Shown here piece after piece: positions 1 through 10,100 of a DNA stretch of 64,000 bases (position 1 is its first letter; each line of letters starts with the position of its first letter). A program made the position numbers and the translations under genes. The stretch is taken from the IMG/VR virus record IMGVR_UViG_3300037608_000261, positions 17,920-81,919 of that record. One strand, given 5' to 3'. The notes under the pieces were generated by a model, which did no database searches, was not told the origin of the DNA, and saw only the letters and a program-made list of their open reading frames with translations. The stretch is from a virus. Its lineage: Duplodnaviria; Caudoviricetes.

Positions 1-782
1 CCATGTCCTTCAAGTCTGGCAATAACTGAATTTACGGCATCCTTGATTCCGTTGACGTTGCCAAGGAAAGTATTCATTTCCTCAGCAGATACGAACCCGT
101 AACCACTGGTCGTGGCCGTTCCTGATACCGCCGTACCATCCGCAACATGCAAACCCGGAGTAGCTACAGCAATGTTTCCGGTCTCGTCAAACACAGCAAC
201 CTTGCCCGTAGGAACAGGATCGACCGGGACCTTTGTTGCGAGCCCGGACAAGCTCTGATTGTCTGATCCGGGAGCGTGGGAGTTTGTAATGGCACCCTTC
301 ACTGCCGCCACCGTAACAGCATTCGGGCCACCCGTGTCAAGCCCCTGGTCTGTTCCCTGGGTATGAACCTCGCTTATTTCAAGAGATGTATTGAGCCATA
401 CCGCAGCACCTTCCGTTGCATCGACACAGCGGTAAACCTCGTGAGGTGTTGCTGTCGTGTTGATCCAGACAGACCCCACAGAATATCCTTCCGTCTCGTC
501 ATTGTCGGCGTCCGGTGTAGTGGTTGCCCCGTAATTGTCCTTCTGGAAAGGCATGTACTCAGGAAGTACACCATCATCAAAGGTTGCAACTGAAGTAACC
601 ACCATGGCTGGGCGTTTCGCCTTCACCGCCGCTGTGATCACAATCGCATGTTCTGCCGGAACATTGACGGAAATACCGGCGCTTCCAATTGTCCCGCCCG
701 GCACTTCAAAATCAACGCCATACCCGATGTAATGCACTCCCGATGAACCGTAATTCTCAAACTTCAAAGCTGTTTTCAGCAT
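1..782 (-). CDS. Virion structural protein (fibre/decoration-like), 3' end outside window
   Basis: Hand-translated, not in the ORF track: RBS AAGGAGG, ATG at 782, MLKTALKFENYG...EGYSVGSVWINT...VYRCVDATEGAAVW..., open to position 1. The GYSVGSVWIN motif is typical of phage fibre proteins. Confidence 0.7.
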   Translation of the reverse strand, partial: MLKTALKFENYGSSGVHYIGYGVDFEVPGGTIGSAGISVNVPAEHAIVITAAVKAKRPAMVVTSVATFDDGVLPEYMPFQKDNYGATTTPDADNDETEGYSVGSVWINTTATPHEVYRCVDATEGAAVWLNTSLEISEVHTQGTDQGLDTGGPNAVTVAAVKGAITNSHAPGSDNQSLSGLATKVPVDPVPTGKVAVFDETGNIAVATPGLHVADGTAVSGTATTSGYGFVSAEEMNTFLGNVNGIKDAVNSVIARLEGH

Positions 783-796
783 TTCTTAAAACCTCC

Positions 797-3700
797 TTAT
801 GCAATTAATTCATAGATTACCTTCAAGTCAGTCGATGAAGGCATGTGCCACCAGGCTCCTTTGAACGCTTCCCCCGCATCCGAAAAGAACTGAGCCCCAT
901 AACGCGCTTTCAGAATGTCTTTTGTCCTGAAAAGCACACCGCTTTTTCCATTTCTGTCCTGGAAAAACCACTTCGCAAAGGGTTCCAAAACGGTCCCCCT
1001 GCGCCCTTTAAACCCTGGCAAAGCCATGCTTGTAATGTTGGTTTTGACCGTAATGCCGATTTTGGCAAACGCTTCTATTACTTCCTGCGGGACCTCCTTA
1101 TAGCGGGGATCACTCTTCAGCGCTTCCTGAGCGGCCCGCTCTTTATCGGCTTTCTTGGCTGTCACCGCCGATTCCAATTCGGCCACTACCCCGTCAACAT
1201 ATTGATGGGCGATCTGTCTGATTTGCTCGGCATTATCTCCCAATTCTATTGTACCAGCCCCTATTACGTCAGGAAGTCGGTATTTCAGGTTTGTCATAGT
1301 GGTAGAACCGTCTAAAACAGATCCAACAATGGCGTCAAAACCTCCCTTCTCTTCCAGGAAAGTAGCCCATCTTTTGGCACAATATTCACGTACTTCGACC
1401 TCTGTTGCTGTTTTCCCATAGCCAAGAGCAACTTCGTTGTAGTTGTTGCCGAACAATAGCCCCATTATGCCCGAAATATAGTAGCCCGACCCACCTTCAC
1501 GCTTTACCGCAAGGTAGGCTTCACATACTGCCTTGCGAAACCCCTCGTTGTTTGGTTCGGGGTAGACGATAGCTGCCGCAAGGCCCTCAGTAGAATACCC
1601 GTCAGCAATGTTTATTGCTCCGTCCTGATTGCGAACGACATATATGGAGTGCTGATCCCAATTGATCTCTTGGCGGTGATCGAGAAACGTCTCCTTATCA
1701 ATCCTGCCATCAATGAGCGAATTATAGTCATGCGGTTCCGACAATGCCTTTTTAAGGTTCAGCTCTTTCTCGGAATAGGAGACCTTTTTCAACCCTTTGG
1801 CTTCCAGTTTAGCCAGACTGCCAGCTAAGTACCACCCCCAATTACCCGGAACGCGCCCCAAGTCCATTGACCCGATCCGACCCGTGATATCTTCATACTT
1901 GAAGGCCCGGTGCACCGGATCAACCTCTGAAATCTTTATGATTCCATGTTCGTAATCACTCTTATATTCATAGCAATCACCAACAGCAACTACTTTGCCG
2001 GCCAGGGTCACACAGGCGCTTTCGGGTTTGTCTATCAGGGTTTCATCAAAGGGAAGTTGCCCTTTCTTTGCCTTTTGTTTAAGAAGACCAGCAGTCTGCT
2101 TCACTGTCGATGTCAGCCTGGTCCGTCTCTCATCAAATGTCTGATCCAGTGTTCCAAGCTTTACCGTAAAATTCTTCAGGGTTTGCTGCTTTTCAACAAT
2201 TTGGCTGCCCAATCTCATTCGATCATTCCCTTCGGCAGCCGACCACCTTTCCTGAAGCCTTTTGATTTCTGCCTCAAGATCAGGAATTCTCTTAGTCAGA
2301 CGCTCGCGCTCTGCCTGCCTTGCCACATCAAGGCCAGCAAGGTCCATAGTTGCCTGCGAAAGTATCTGTAACTGGTTTGCAAGTCGCCTTTGTTCTTTTT
2401 CGGCCTCTTCTGCCTGCTTCGCCGCCAGTCTATCCAACCGTCTCTTTTTGGCTGCCTCGGGATCTGCTTCAAGCATATCCATCATCTCATCTTGGCTTAA
2501 GGCATTTGCGTTTTCTGCCGTCGCGTCGGTACCGCCAAAGAGGTCGCTCATCCAATTTGATTTTGCTTTAAGTATCTCAAGACGGTATGCATCGAAAGAC
2601 CCTTTCCCGCAATAGTAGTAGATGTGAATCATGGGGGCAGTGTTGCCCTGTCTGACCCCGCGCCCGTTTCTCTGTTGGATACTCGCAGGCGTCCACGGAA
2701 GGGTTAAATGGTGAATGGCGGTAGTGCCTTTCTGAAGATTGACCCCGACTTCCGCCTTTTTGTTACAGATCACAAATTTCAGGCCCCCTGAATTATACTG
2801 GTCAGAAATTTTTTGCAGGTCCTCCCCCTGAGCTTCCTCAGCGTTAATAATACCGATCAATTTGGCAATGGTAGGAATATGGTGCACAATTAGTCGCAAA
2901 ATCTTTTGGTGCTGTGATTTCTCTTCCGTAAAGATCAGTTGCTTTCCGTCCGCCTCAAGGTCCGACCGTAGGTTTTCAATTAGACGTGCATATTTTGGCA
3001 TGAGGGGGTGTGAAACATTTTCCATGGCAATGTTATTTTGTGGGATTCGATCCACAACCAGGTTCTCGTATTCTTTTGGGAAGACCACAACATAGCTTCC
3101 GTTTTCCGTTCGTGAAGTAATTCTAAGCTCTACAGTGACTTCCCGAGATTTACCCTTGTTCATTTCAGGATCAAGTCCGAGTGCATCCATTTCCTCGTCA
3201 TCGAGGACACGCTTAACCTTGATAGATTGGGGAAGACTTTTTACCAGATCATCTACATTGGGCTTGTCCCCTTCCCGGAACACAAATGTCATTGTCTTAT
3301 TATAGAGGTCCATGTCCGTCGTGACCCTATCCATGTCTCGGATAACGGAAAACATGCTTTCCTTCTTTTCCCCTCGACCCGGTGGTTTTGCAGCATCCTT
3401 TGCCCGGTCGCGCAAGATTGCATAGACCCGTTGCTGTTCCTCGGTGAGTTCGATATTAAGACTTGTCTCCTCATGGGGAGGCAGCTTGATCTGATCGGGA
3501 AAGTCCTCTGCACTTTTCATATTTACATATTTGTGGAACATGCTGCGCAACCCATCAAGATTTTGAAATCCCGTCAGCCCATCTTTAGACTTTATGCCAC
3601 CATCAACCATCATTTTATCTACGCTCGTGATTTGCCCGAATACGCGGATGAAGTCGTCTGGGGTATATATGCCGTAGCGTTCAAATTCTTCTAAAGGGCA

Positions 3701-6700
3701 GGTATAGGAAAGCATGTTGAATATCTCGAATGGGCTGTTCGTAACCGGGGTAGCGGAAAGCATGTAGGCCCCTCGACCATTGTTAGCATCGCGCAGATAG
3801 GCCATCTTCATGGTCATATCGAGGGCGCGTTTTGCGGGCGGGGCCGTGGGAAGATAGGCCACATCCTGGTAGTGCTCCCCAGCAAGGAGATTATTTTTGA
3901 ATTCGTGGGATTCATCAATTATGATATCGGTGAACCCCATATCCTCGAAGTAGGGAAGTTCTCCCTTTTTCGCAGTTCCCTCATCGGAGAATTGCTGTTC
4001 AAGTCTTGTTTTCGCCACATCCTCATCGTAAGAAATCTTCTTCCCTGTTGACTTGTCATCGCCTTGAGCGTTGCCACCCGTCGCCTCTGCGTGCATTTTC
4101 TCGCTGATGAGCGACCTTTTGACCATCTTATCGGCATACGTCTTCTTGCTGTCCGGTCTCATAGGAATCATGCCGAATTTGTCTTTTGTCATAACAACAA
4201 GAGAATGATTTGACTGGGGGATTTTCCACATGGCTTCCCATACATCCTCTTTGCTGTTTCTCTCTACAAGAACATCCTGGTATTCAAGCTGTCCAGTAAA
4301 TGCGTTTGTCTTTGGGTTTCCCCTCTCGTCCTTGACGACTTCATGTTCGACTTGCCCATCCTTGCTTGTTTTTGGTTCAAAACCGATGAAGAGCGCATCG
4401 TTGAGATTACCCAGGAACTTCTTTGACTCATGATACCAGTTCCCCAGCACTGATTTAGGAACCACAATACAAGTTTTCTTGGAGCGGCCCATCTTTTTGT
4501 TATATGCATAGAGTCCGAGGGCTGAGTAGGTTTTCCCGAGCCCAACATTATGGGCCAGTATCCCCCGACCCTCTTCGGATAACCGCCTGACAGCCGCATT
4601 CTGATAACCGTGCAGCTTCACCTGTGGCGAAACTCCCTCCAGATGCAAATTACTATCTTCATAGTCAAAGGGCGTGAACCCATTGAATTTTCGGTTATAT
4701 TGTTCAGCAATTTCACTTATTTCAATATGCTGTTGCATCCATGCGTTGAACTGTTCTTCGAGAATTCGACAACGGTCTTTATACTCTTTGATTCTTTCTT
4801 GTGCATCTTCTCCGGATGATGTGACATTACCGCCGTTGAGATAGGAGAGAAACTGCTTCGGGAAACCGCCCTTACTGTCAATTCCCACAAATTCGCCAAA
4901 CGGATTATCATAGTCCTCTTTAAACTGCGTAGTGGTGAACGTCTTGCCGGAATAAGGGTCTTCTTTTTCTACCTTTTCCATTGCCCCGTAATTTACATTC
5001 GGGTACCCATTTTCTCTGAGAAATTCAACCACATATTTTCTATTGAACCACTTCTGACGCATACTGAATACAATATTGTCAGGCTCCGTTGTTATGCGCT
5101 TGCGCATGATCTCGGAGATTTGCTTCATATACTTGTCTTTAATCTGTTCATCCTTTTCCGCAGCCAGTGCATCGCCCATAGCCTGAATCTTCGGATAGAT
5201 ATCTCCTACGGTATAGCGCCCCATCGGGACAACGAAACCATCCGGGGTAATTGCCAGCGCGCCGTCATCGGCAAGGTCGGACAGTGACTTTATTTCACGT
5301 TTCCCTGTGTAAAGCTTTTGGATATCCTCCAGCTCTATTTCCCTAATTCCTTCCCGAACAAAGAGGTGTTCGACAATAGCTTGAAGATTTGTCGAATCAT
5401 ACTCCAAGGTCCGTCCCGATCCGCCCATGGTTCCGGCAAGCAGGTCGGAAAACTGGCCATTTTCATCAACAGCATTCTTGAAAAGGCCAAACATCTTTGA
5501 AGTTTCCCCGGTTATCAACAGCCCCTTGTTATTTTTAGGGTGCCCATAAGTATCGATCTCCTTGGAAACAAGCTCCTGCAGTTCAAGCCGATCCACATCT
5601 TCGGCAGTTCCGTCGTTGACAGAGTTCTGATAGCGTGCAATCATGCCGCCAATGATTGAGCCCCGGAATAGCTGTTCTTGGTATTCTTCCTTGGGCTGGC
5701 TCATGGCAAATTCGATGGAGGCCTTCTGTAGTGGGGTCAAGTATTCCGGGAAAGCTTTAAAGATGGCAAAGAGCTGCTTTGCGGAAAGAACCAGGGCTCC
5801 CTTTGGCGATGACAGGACTGCCTTCAGTTCGGCCAGGCTTGCCGCACCGTAGCGATCCTTGTCAATGGCCATGGATGTATCATCTGTCTTGACTACACGG
5901 GACCACCGTCCATTTGTCAGCTCATGCTCTGTGCCATTAATGATCTTCCGGTCGCCCTCTATATAATTCCTGGCTATGGGTTCCGATGCCTCAAGGAGGT
6001 CCCAGTTTATACGGGAGTCAAACTTTTGAGCCAGACGCACTTTCAGACCCGCATTGTCAATATCCCCGTCCACAACTTCCCGACTCCATCGATCACCCTC
6101 GACTTTCGGGACCCACTTGCCCATGATGAATTGGTGTCCTTCGCCAAGCCAGTATTGGCCGCTAACGAATTCATCCCAAACGACCTTTGCGGCCTTCATA
6201 ATATCGAAGGGAACGGTGTCTATTTTCTCCAAGAACTCTTTCGGATGCTTTCTAAAGACAACGATGTCCACAACAGTGTCGGTTCCCTGGGCCGAGAACG
6301 TCTTAGACGGTAGCTTGTGTGCCCCAAGAAATTCAGCTTTTTTGTTGACTGCTATTCTGAATTTTTCCCATTGCCCTCCCTTGGCACCCACGATGTTAGT
6401 GGGGACGACCAAGCAGCAGAGGCCACCAGGCCGAACCTTGTCTAAGGCTCTGAGAATAAAATAACGTTCAATCCGCTTTTCATCCTTGTAGTCTGGATCA
6501 TCATAAGCACTTGCACCTCGTGCATTGCCGAACGGGACATTGCCAACCACGGCATCAAAGGTGTTGTCTGGGGTTTCCATGACAACCTTTTCGAAGGATT
6601 GAGTTTTGATCAGATCATCCGGGTTGAGAAGCTGTGCCACTTTTGAACCTACAGGATCAATATCCGCCCCGGTGATGATCGTCCCTTTTGGCTTCGTTGC

Positions 6701-7135
6701 CGAGAAGACACCGGCGCCCGTGCAGGGGTCAAGAACGTTCCCATTCTCAAATCCGTTTGCCATCATACCATCCCACAGCCCTTCGGCCACATGAGTAGGC
6801 GTGTAATATTCAAACTGGGAATTCTCGGTAAGGCCACCGCGCCCTGAATATTGTTTCAGTATCTCCCGGTCCTCGTCCTTCAAAGCTCCAGAGTCCTTCA
6901 CGCGGTCGATAATCTCGCGGGCCTGTTCATTTAGCCTCTCGCGGGCTTTAATGCCCTTGACTTTTAGACCATAATCCGAGCTTTCATTTTTGTAATTGCT
7001 CGGGTCTTTTGGCGACTCTTGACCAGGTATTTGCTTCAAGTCAAAAAGGGTTTGAATAACTACTGCTATTTCAAAGAAATTGCCTGCTGCTTGAACCTTA
7101 GATTTCCAATCGGGTAAAGCACGTTCAAGAATCAT
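797..7135 (-). CDS. darB: DarB-like N6-adenine methyltransferase / SNF2-type helicase fusion (defence against restriction)
   Basis: 2112 aa; MTase motifs VLDPCTGAG and VGNVPFG; helicase motifs AHNVGLGKT, IIIDESHE, QRNGRGVRQGN; sits in a dar cluster. Confidence 0.9.
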   Translation of the reverse strand: MILERALPDWKSKVQAAGNFFEIAVVIQTLFDLKQIPGQESPKDPSNYKNESSDYGLKVKGIKARERLNEQAREIIDRVKDSGALKDEDREILKQYSGRGGLTENSQFEYYTPTHVAEGLWDGMMANGFENGNVLDPCTGAGVFSATKPKGTIITGADIDPVGSKVAQLLNPDDLIKTQSFEKVVMETPDNTFDAVVGNVPFGNARGASAYDDPDYKDEKRIERYFILRALDKVRPGGLCCLVVPTNIVGAKGGQWEKFRIAVNKKAEFLGAHKLPSKTFSAQGTDTVVDIVVFRKHPKEFLEKIDTVPFDIMKAAKVVWDEFVSGQYWLGEGHQFIMGKWVPKVEGDRWSREVVDGDIDNAGLKVRLAQKFDSRINWDLLEASEPIARNYIEGDRKIINGTEHELTNGRWSRVVKTDDTSMAIDKDRYGAASLAELKAVLSSPKGALVLSAKQLFAIFKAFPEYLTPLQKASIEFAMSQPKEEYQEQLFRGSIIGGMIARYQNSVNDGTAEDVDRLELQELVSKEIDTYGHPKNNKGLLITGETSKMFGLFKNAVDENGQFSDLLAGTMGGSGRTLEYDSTNLQAIVEHLFVREGIREIELEDIQKLYTGKREIKSLSDLADDGALAITPDGFVVPMGRYTVGDIYPKIQAMGDALAAEKDEQIKDKYMKQISEIMRKRITTEPDNIVFSMRQKWFNRKYVVEFLRENGYPNVNYGAMEKVEKEDPYSGKTFTTTQFKEDYDNPFGEFVGIDSKGGFPKQFLSYLNGGNVTSSGEDAQERIKEYKDRCRILEEQFNAWMQQHIEISEIAEQYNRKFNGFTPFDYEDSNLHLEGVSPQVKLHGYQNAAVRRLSEEGRGILAHNVGLGKTYSALGLYAYNKKMGRSKKTCIVVPKSVLGNWYHESKKFLGNLNDALFIGFEPKTSKDGQVEHEVVKDERGNPKTNAFTGQLEYQDVLVERNSKEDVWEAMWKIPQSNHSLVVMTKDKFGMIPMRPDSKKTYADKMVKRSLISEKMHAEATGGNAQGDDKSTGKKISYDEDVAKTRLEQQFSDEGTAKKGELPYFEDMGFTDIIIDESHEFKNNLLAGEHYQDVAYLPTAPPAKRALDMTMKMAYLRDANNGRGAYMLSATPVTNSPFEIFNMLSYTCPLEEFERYGIYTPDDFIRVFGQITSVDKMMVDGGIKSKDGLTGFQNLDGLRSMFHKYVNMKSAEDFPDQIKLPPHEETSLNIELTEEQQRVYAILRDRAKDAAKPPGRGEKKESMFSVIRDMDRVTTDMDLYNKTMTFVFREGDKPNVDDLVKSLPQSIKVKRVLDDEEMDALGLDPEMNKGKSREVTVELRITSRTENGSYVVVFPKEYENLVVDRIPQNNIAMENVSHPLMPKYARLIENLRSDLEADGKQLIFTEEKSQHQKILRLIVHHIPTIAKLIGIINAEEAQGEDLQKISDQYNSGGLKFVICNKKAEVGVNLQKGTTAIHHLTLPWTPASIQQRNGRGVRQGNTAPMIHIYYYCGKGSFDAYRLEILKAKSNWMSDLFGGTDATAENANALSQDEMMDMLEADPEAAKKRRLDRLAAKQAEEAEKEQRRLANQLQILSQATMDLAGLDVARQAERERLTKRIPDLEAEIKRLQERWSAAEGNDRMRLGSQIVEKQQTLKNFTVKLGTLDQTFDERRTRLTSTVKQTAGLLKQKAKKGQLPFDETLIDKPESACVTLAGKVVAVGDCYEYKSDYEHGIIKISEVDPVHRAFKYEDITGRIGSMDLGRVPGNWGWYLAGSLAKLEAKGLKKVSYSEKELNLKKALSEPHDYNSLIDGRIDKETFLDHRQEINWDQHSIYVVRNQDGAINIADGYSTEGLAAAIVYPEPNNEGFRKAVCEAYLAVKREGGSGYYISGIMGLLFGNNYNEVALGYGKTATEVEVREYCAKRWATFLEEKGGFDAIVGSVLDGSTTMTNLKYRLPDVIGAGTIELGDNAEQIRQIAHQYVDGVVAELESAVTAKKADKERAAQEALKSDPRYKEVPQEVIEAFAKIGITVKTNITSMALPGFKGRRGTVLEPFAKWFFQDRNGKSGVLFRTKDILKARYGAQFFSDAGEAFKGAWWHMPSSTDLKVIYELIA

Positions 7136-10100
7136 TATGCGCGTCCCTCCTGCAAAGATGTTTTGATGAGTTTCAATAACTTATCCATATTTCTCTGGTC
7201 ACTGAGCATATTCAACGGATCTTGTTTTAGAGTCCGTCTAATGTTCGGAATGATACTCCGATTGATTTCTTCCCGTAACGTGGAGAAATCAGATTGTTCA
7301 TATAATCCAATATGGGCGCTGTCTTTCATGATGCCGCTGATTTCCTGGAGATATCCAAGAATTTTTTTTATGTTCTTCCCGTAAGTCTTCCCCTTGCTTT
7401 CTTCCATAGCCAGAATGCTTTTGTATTTCTGATGATAGTCATCAATAAAAGCATCCAGTCTTGCGGTATCGTAAGAAGGGGTAACACTTCGGCGCTTTTC
7501 GATGATCAGATTGTTTAGGAAACTTCTTATCTTGTCTGCCGTGGGATTCTCTTCACGTAAGTAACGATCCCCTTGGGTCAAATAGCTGTCGGCTTCCGAG
7601 GTGATTTCCATGATTTGTTTCCGGGTAGAGGCTTCATTCAGTGCCTTTAGGTAGTTCCGGTATGCTTCAGCCCTTGGGTATGCTTGCCCTTGCGCCCTCT
7701 CTTCAGCAACCAGGACATTTATAAGGCTGGGAATGTCTTTATCGTTCCTCTTTTTATCTGATAGAATGTCTTGGTATTCATTTATGACTTCGGCGGGGAT
7801 ATCTTTCCCTGCCTTAATTGCGTCCTGAATATCTGTAAAATGCACCGCATAGGCTTGGGCTTCCGAGACAATTTCGGGATTACGTTTCCAGAATTCAGCG
7901 ATTGTCATCTCCCACGACTTTTTGGAATTATTTATTACCATCGGGAATATCTTTTCAAATACTGAGAATATCTCATCGAACGATACCGACACGCTAACGG
8001 CCCTTCTCCAATCAAATTCACCAGTATCCTCAAAAAGGTTCTTTCCGCCATCCTGGACGTGGTCGCGAGGCTTAAGACCCTCGGTCATCTTTCCCAAATA
8101 TGCTCTCCATGCAACGATTGATTTATCCTTGTTTTCGATTGCGGTTGCCCTTCGGTTCCTGCCATCAATAATGTCCCCGTCCGGTCCTATTAGGATTGGT
8201 TTAGAATGGTCAGCATCTGGATCATTGACAGGGTTAAGCGTTTTAGGATCGATTATTTCCAATTGCCAGTAATCGCCTGCCGCTGACCAGTGTTTTTTCT
8301 CGGCATCTGATACCTTTCCGAAGGTATCCCGATACTTGTTTATTTTGAGTACATTCTTATAGAAATCCTGCCATGCAAATGTATTTGCGGACTCTAAAAT
8401 GCCTTTGGCAACTTCTGTCGCTGCATCTATATCTTCATTTTGGGCTGACTCAAGAATAGTATTACTCGCGGACTTCATGATGTCGCCTTCGCGTAGCCAC
8501 TTTTTGAAGGCCTCCATGGAAAGCTCTGTAATTGCTCCTATCCTGTACACACCCTTACCATCTGAAAACCCTTTACAGTAAACTTCACGAGCATCTTCGC
8601 TGTCGTTACAACCAATAATCCCTTTGCATTCATCGAACTTCCCGGTATCTACATCAAGTTGATCGACAATAAACACCCGTTCGCTGTCTGTGTTTTCCCC
8701 TATATACACATCAAAATTGTCACCATCGGGGGCTTTTGTCTTTTTCACATATCCATAATGCGCAGGCATAGTAACGGACCACTTCTTTCCATTAGGGTCT
8801 ATCCCGGATCGCTCGGACCCCTTCGGGTTCTCAATGGCGATAGCCAGGCCACTAATAGTTACATGACCCTTACGGTAATTTCCCGCTTCTTTTTGGGCCT
8901 CTGTGGGCTCAGAAAGGTTATTCTTGGGAGAGGATGCCGCTTTGTGGGCTTCCTTGTCAATTGCAGATGACTCAAGAATCTCCTTGACAGCATTCATATC
9001 TGCGCCTATACTTTCTTTATAGTGAGTGTAATGCTCTCTATAAGAAGGTTCTGAGGCCGGGGCTAAATTCTCTGGAACAGAACTTTCTAAAGGTCCCGAC
9101 CTCCGGGCTTCTACCCCGGACAAACTTGGGGCCTTTCTTTTTTCGTAAAGCACATCAGGATCATGATTTAGATTGTAAAACAAGTGCCCCCTGTCATCTT
9201 CTCCGACTGTAACGCCTACAAGAATAATTTCATTTTCCATCTCAACTTTACCGTCAAAAAAATGAAACCTTTTGATATTGTCATGACGGGTTTTAAACGG
9301 ATCAGAAACGCAATGTTTCCCATATTGAATGATAACGGGTGCAACAGGAAGTAGTTTGGCTTTTTTAATGTCCGTTTTTATACCGCGTCTAAACTTTTCC
9401 CACCCTTTACCGGAAAACCTTATCTCCCCAACACCTTCCCTGGTTACTGTTTTGCCCTGTAGTTTTGCCCTATAATAGGCTCTGGCTGTCTTAACGGAAT
9501 TCTCCGAATCAATGTCATCACCTAATTCTTTACCGGTAAGCGTCATCAAGACACCACCTGCCGATTCAAATAACCTCGTCCCTTCTCTTGCGGTTTTTTC
9601 TTTTTCTATAGCCAGCGTTACAATTTGGGTCGGTGTCGGTAAAGGCTCCCCTGCATCTATAAGTTTGGGTGCTTTCTCATATTCAAGACGGGTTTTTAAT
9701 AATCTGCCTGCTTCTTTAAAAACCGCTCCCATGCGCTTTGCGGACCGGATACTATCATTGATAAACCTGGCGATATGCTTCGTATCCTCCGATACATTAT
9801 CAAAGAAACCGCCCTGATTGAGCACCATTTCAAGAGATTCCCCGTCTCCCTTTGATCTTTTAACCAGTTTTGCGGCCTCGATAATGCAGCCGGGTATGTT
9901 TATCCCCATAAGGTCCGATGATAAAGCCTTTGCCTGTGAGAATTCACCTGCTGCAACAGTCATGGCTGACAGGATGTTCTTTATTTTCGGGTCCATTTCC
10001 TCAGCCATAAGGGCAAGTAAATTATCATCCTGATATGCTTTCTGGAATATGGCAGCCTGTACACGGTCGATAAGCTGTTTTGTGTATCCTCCATCTTTTG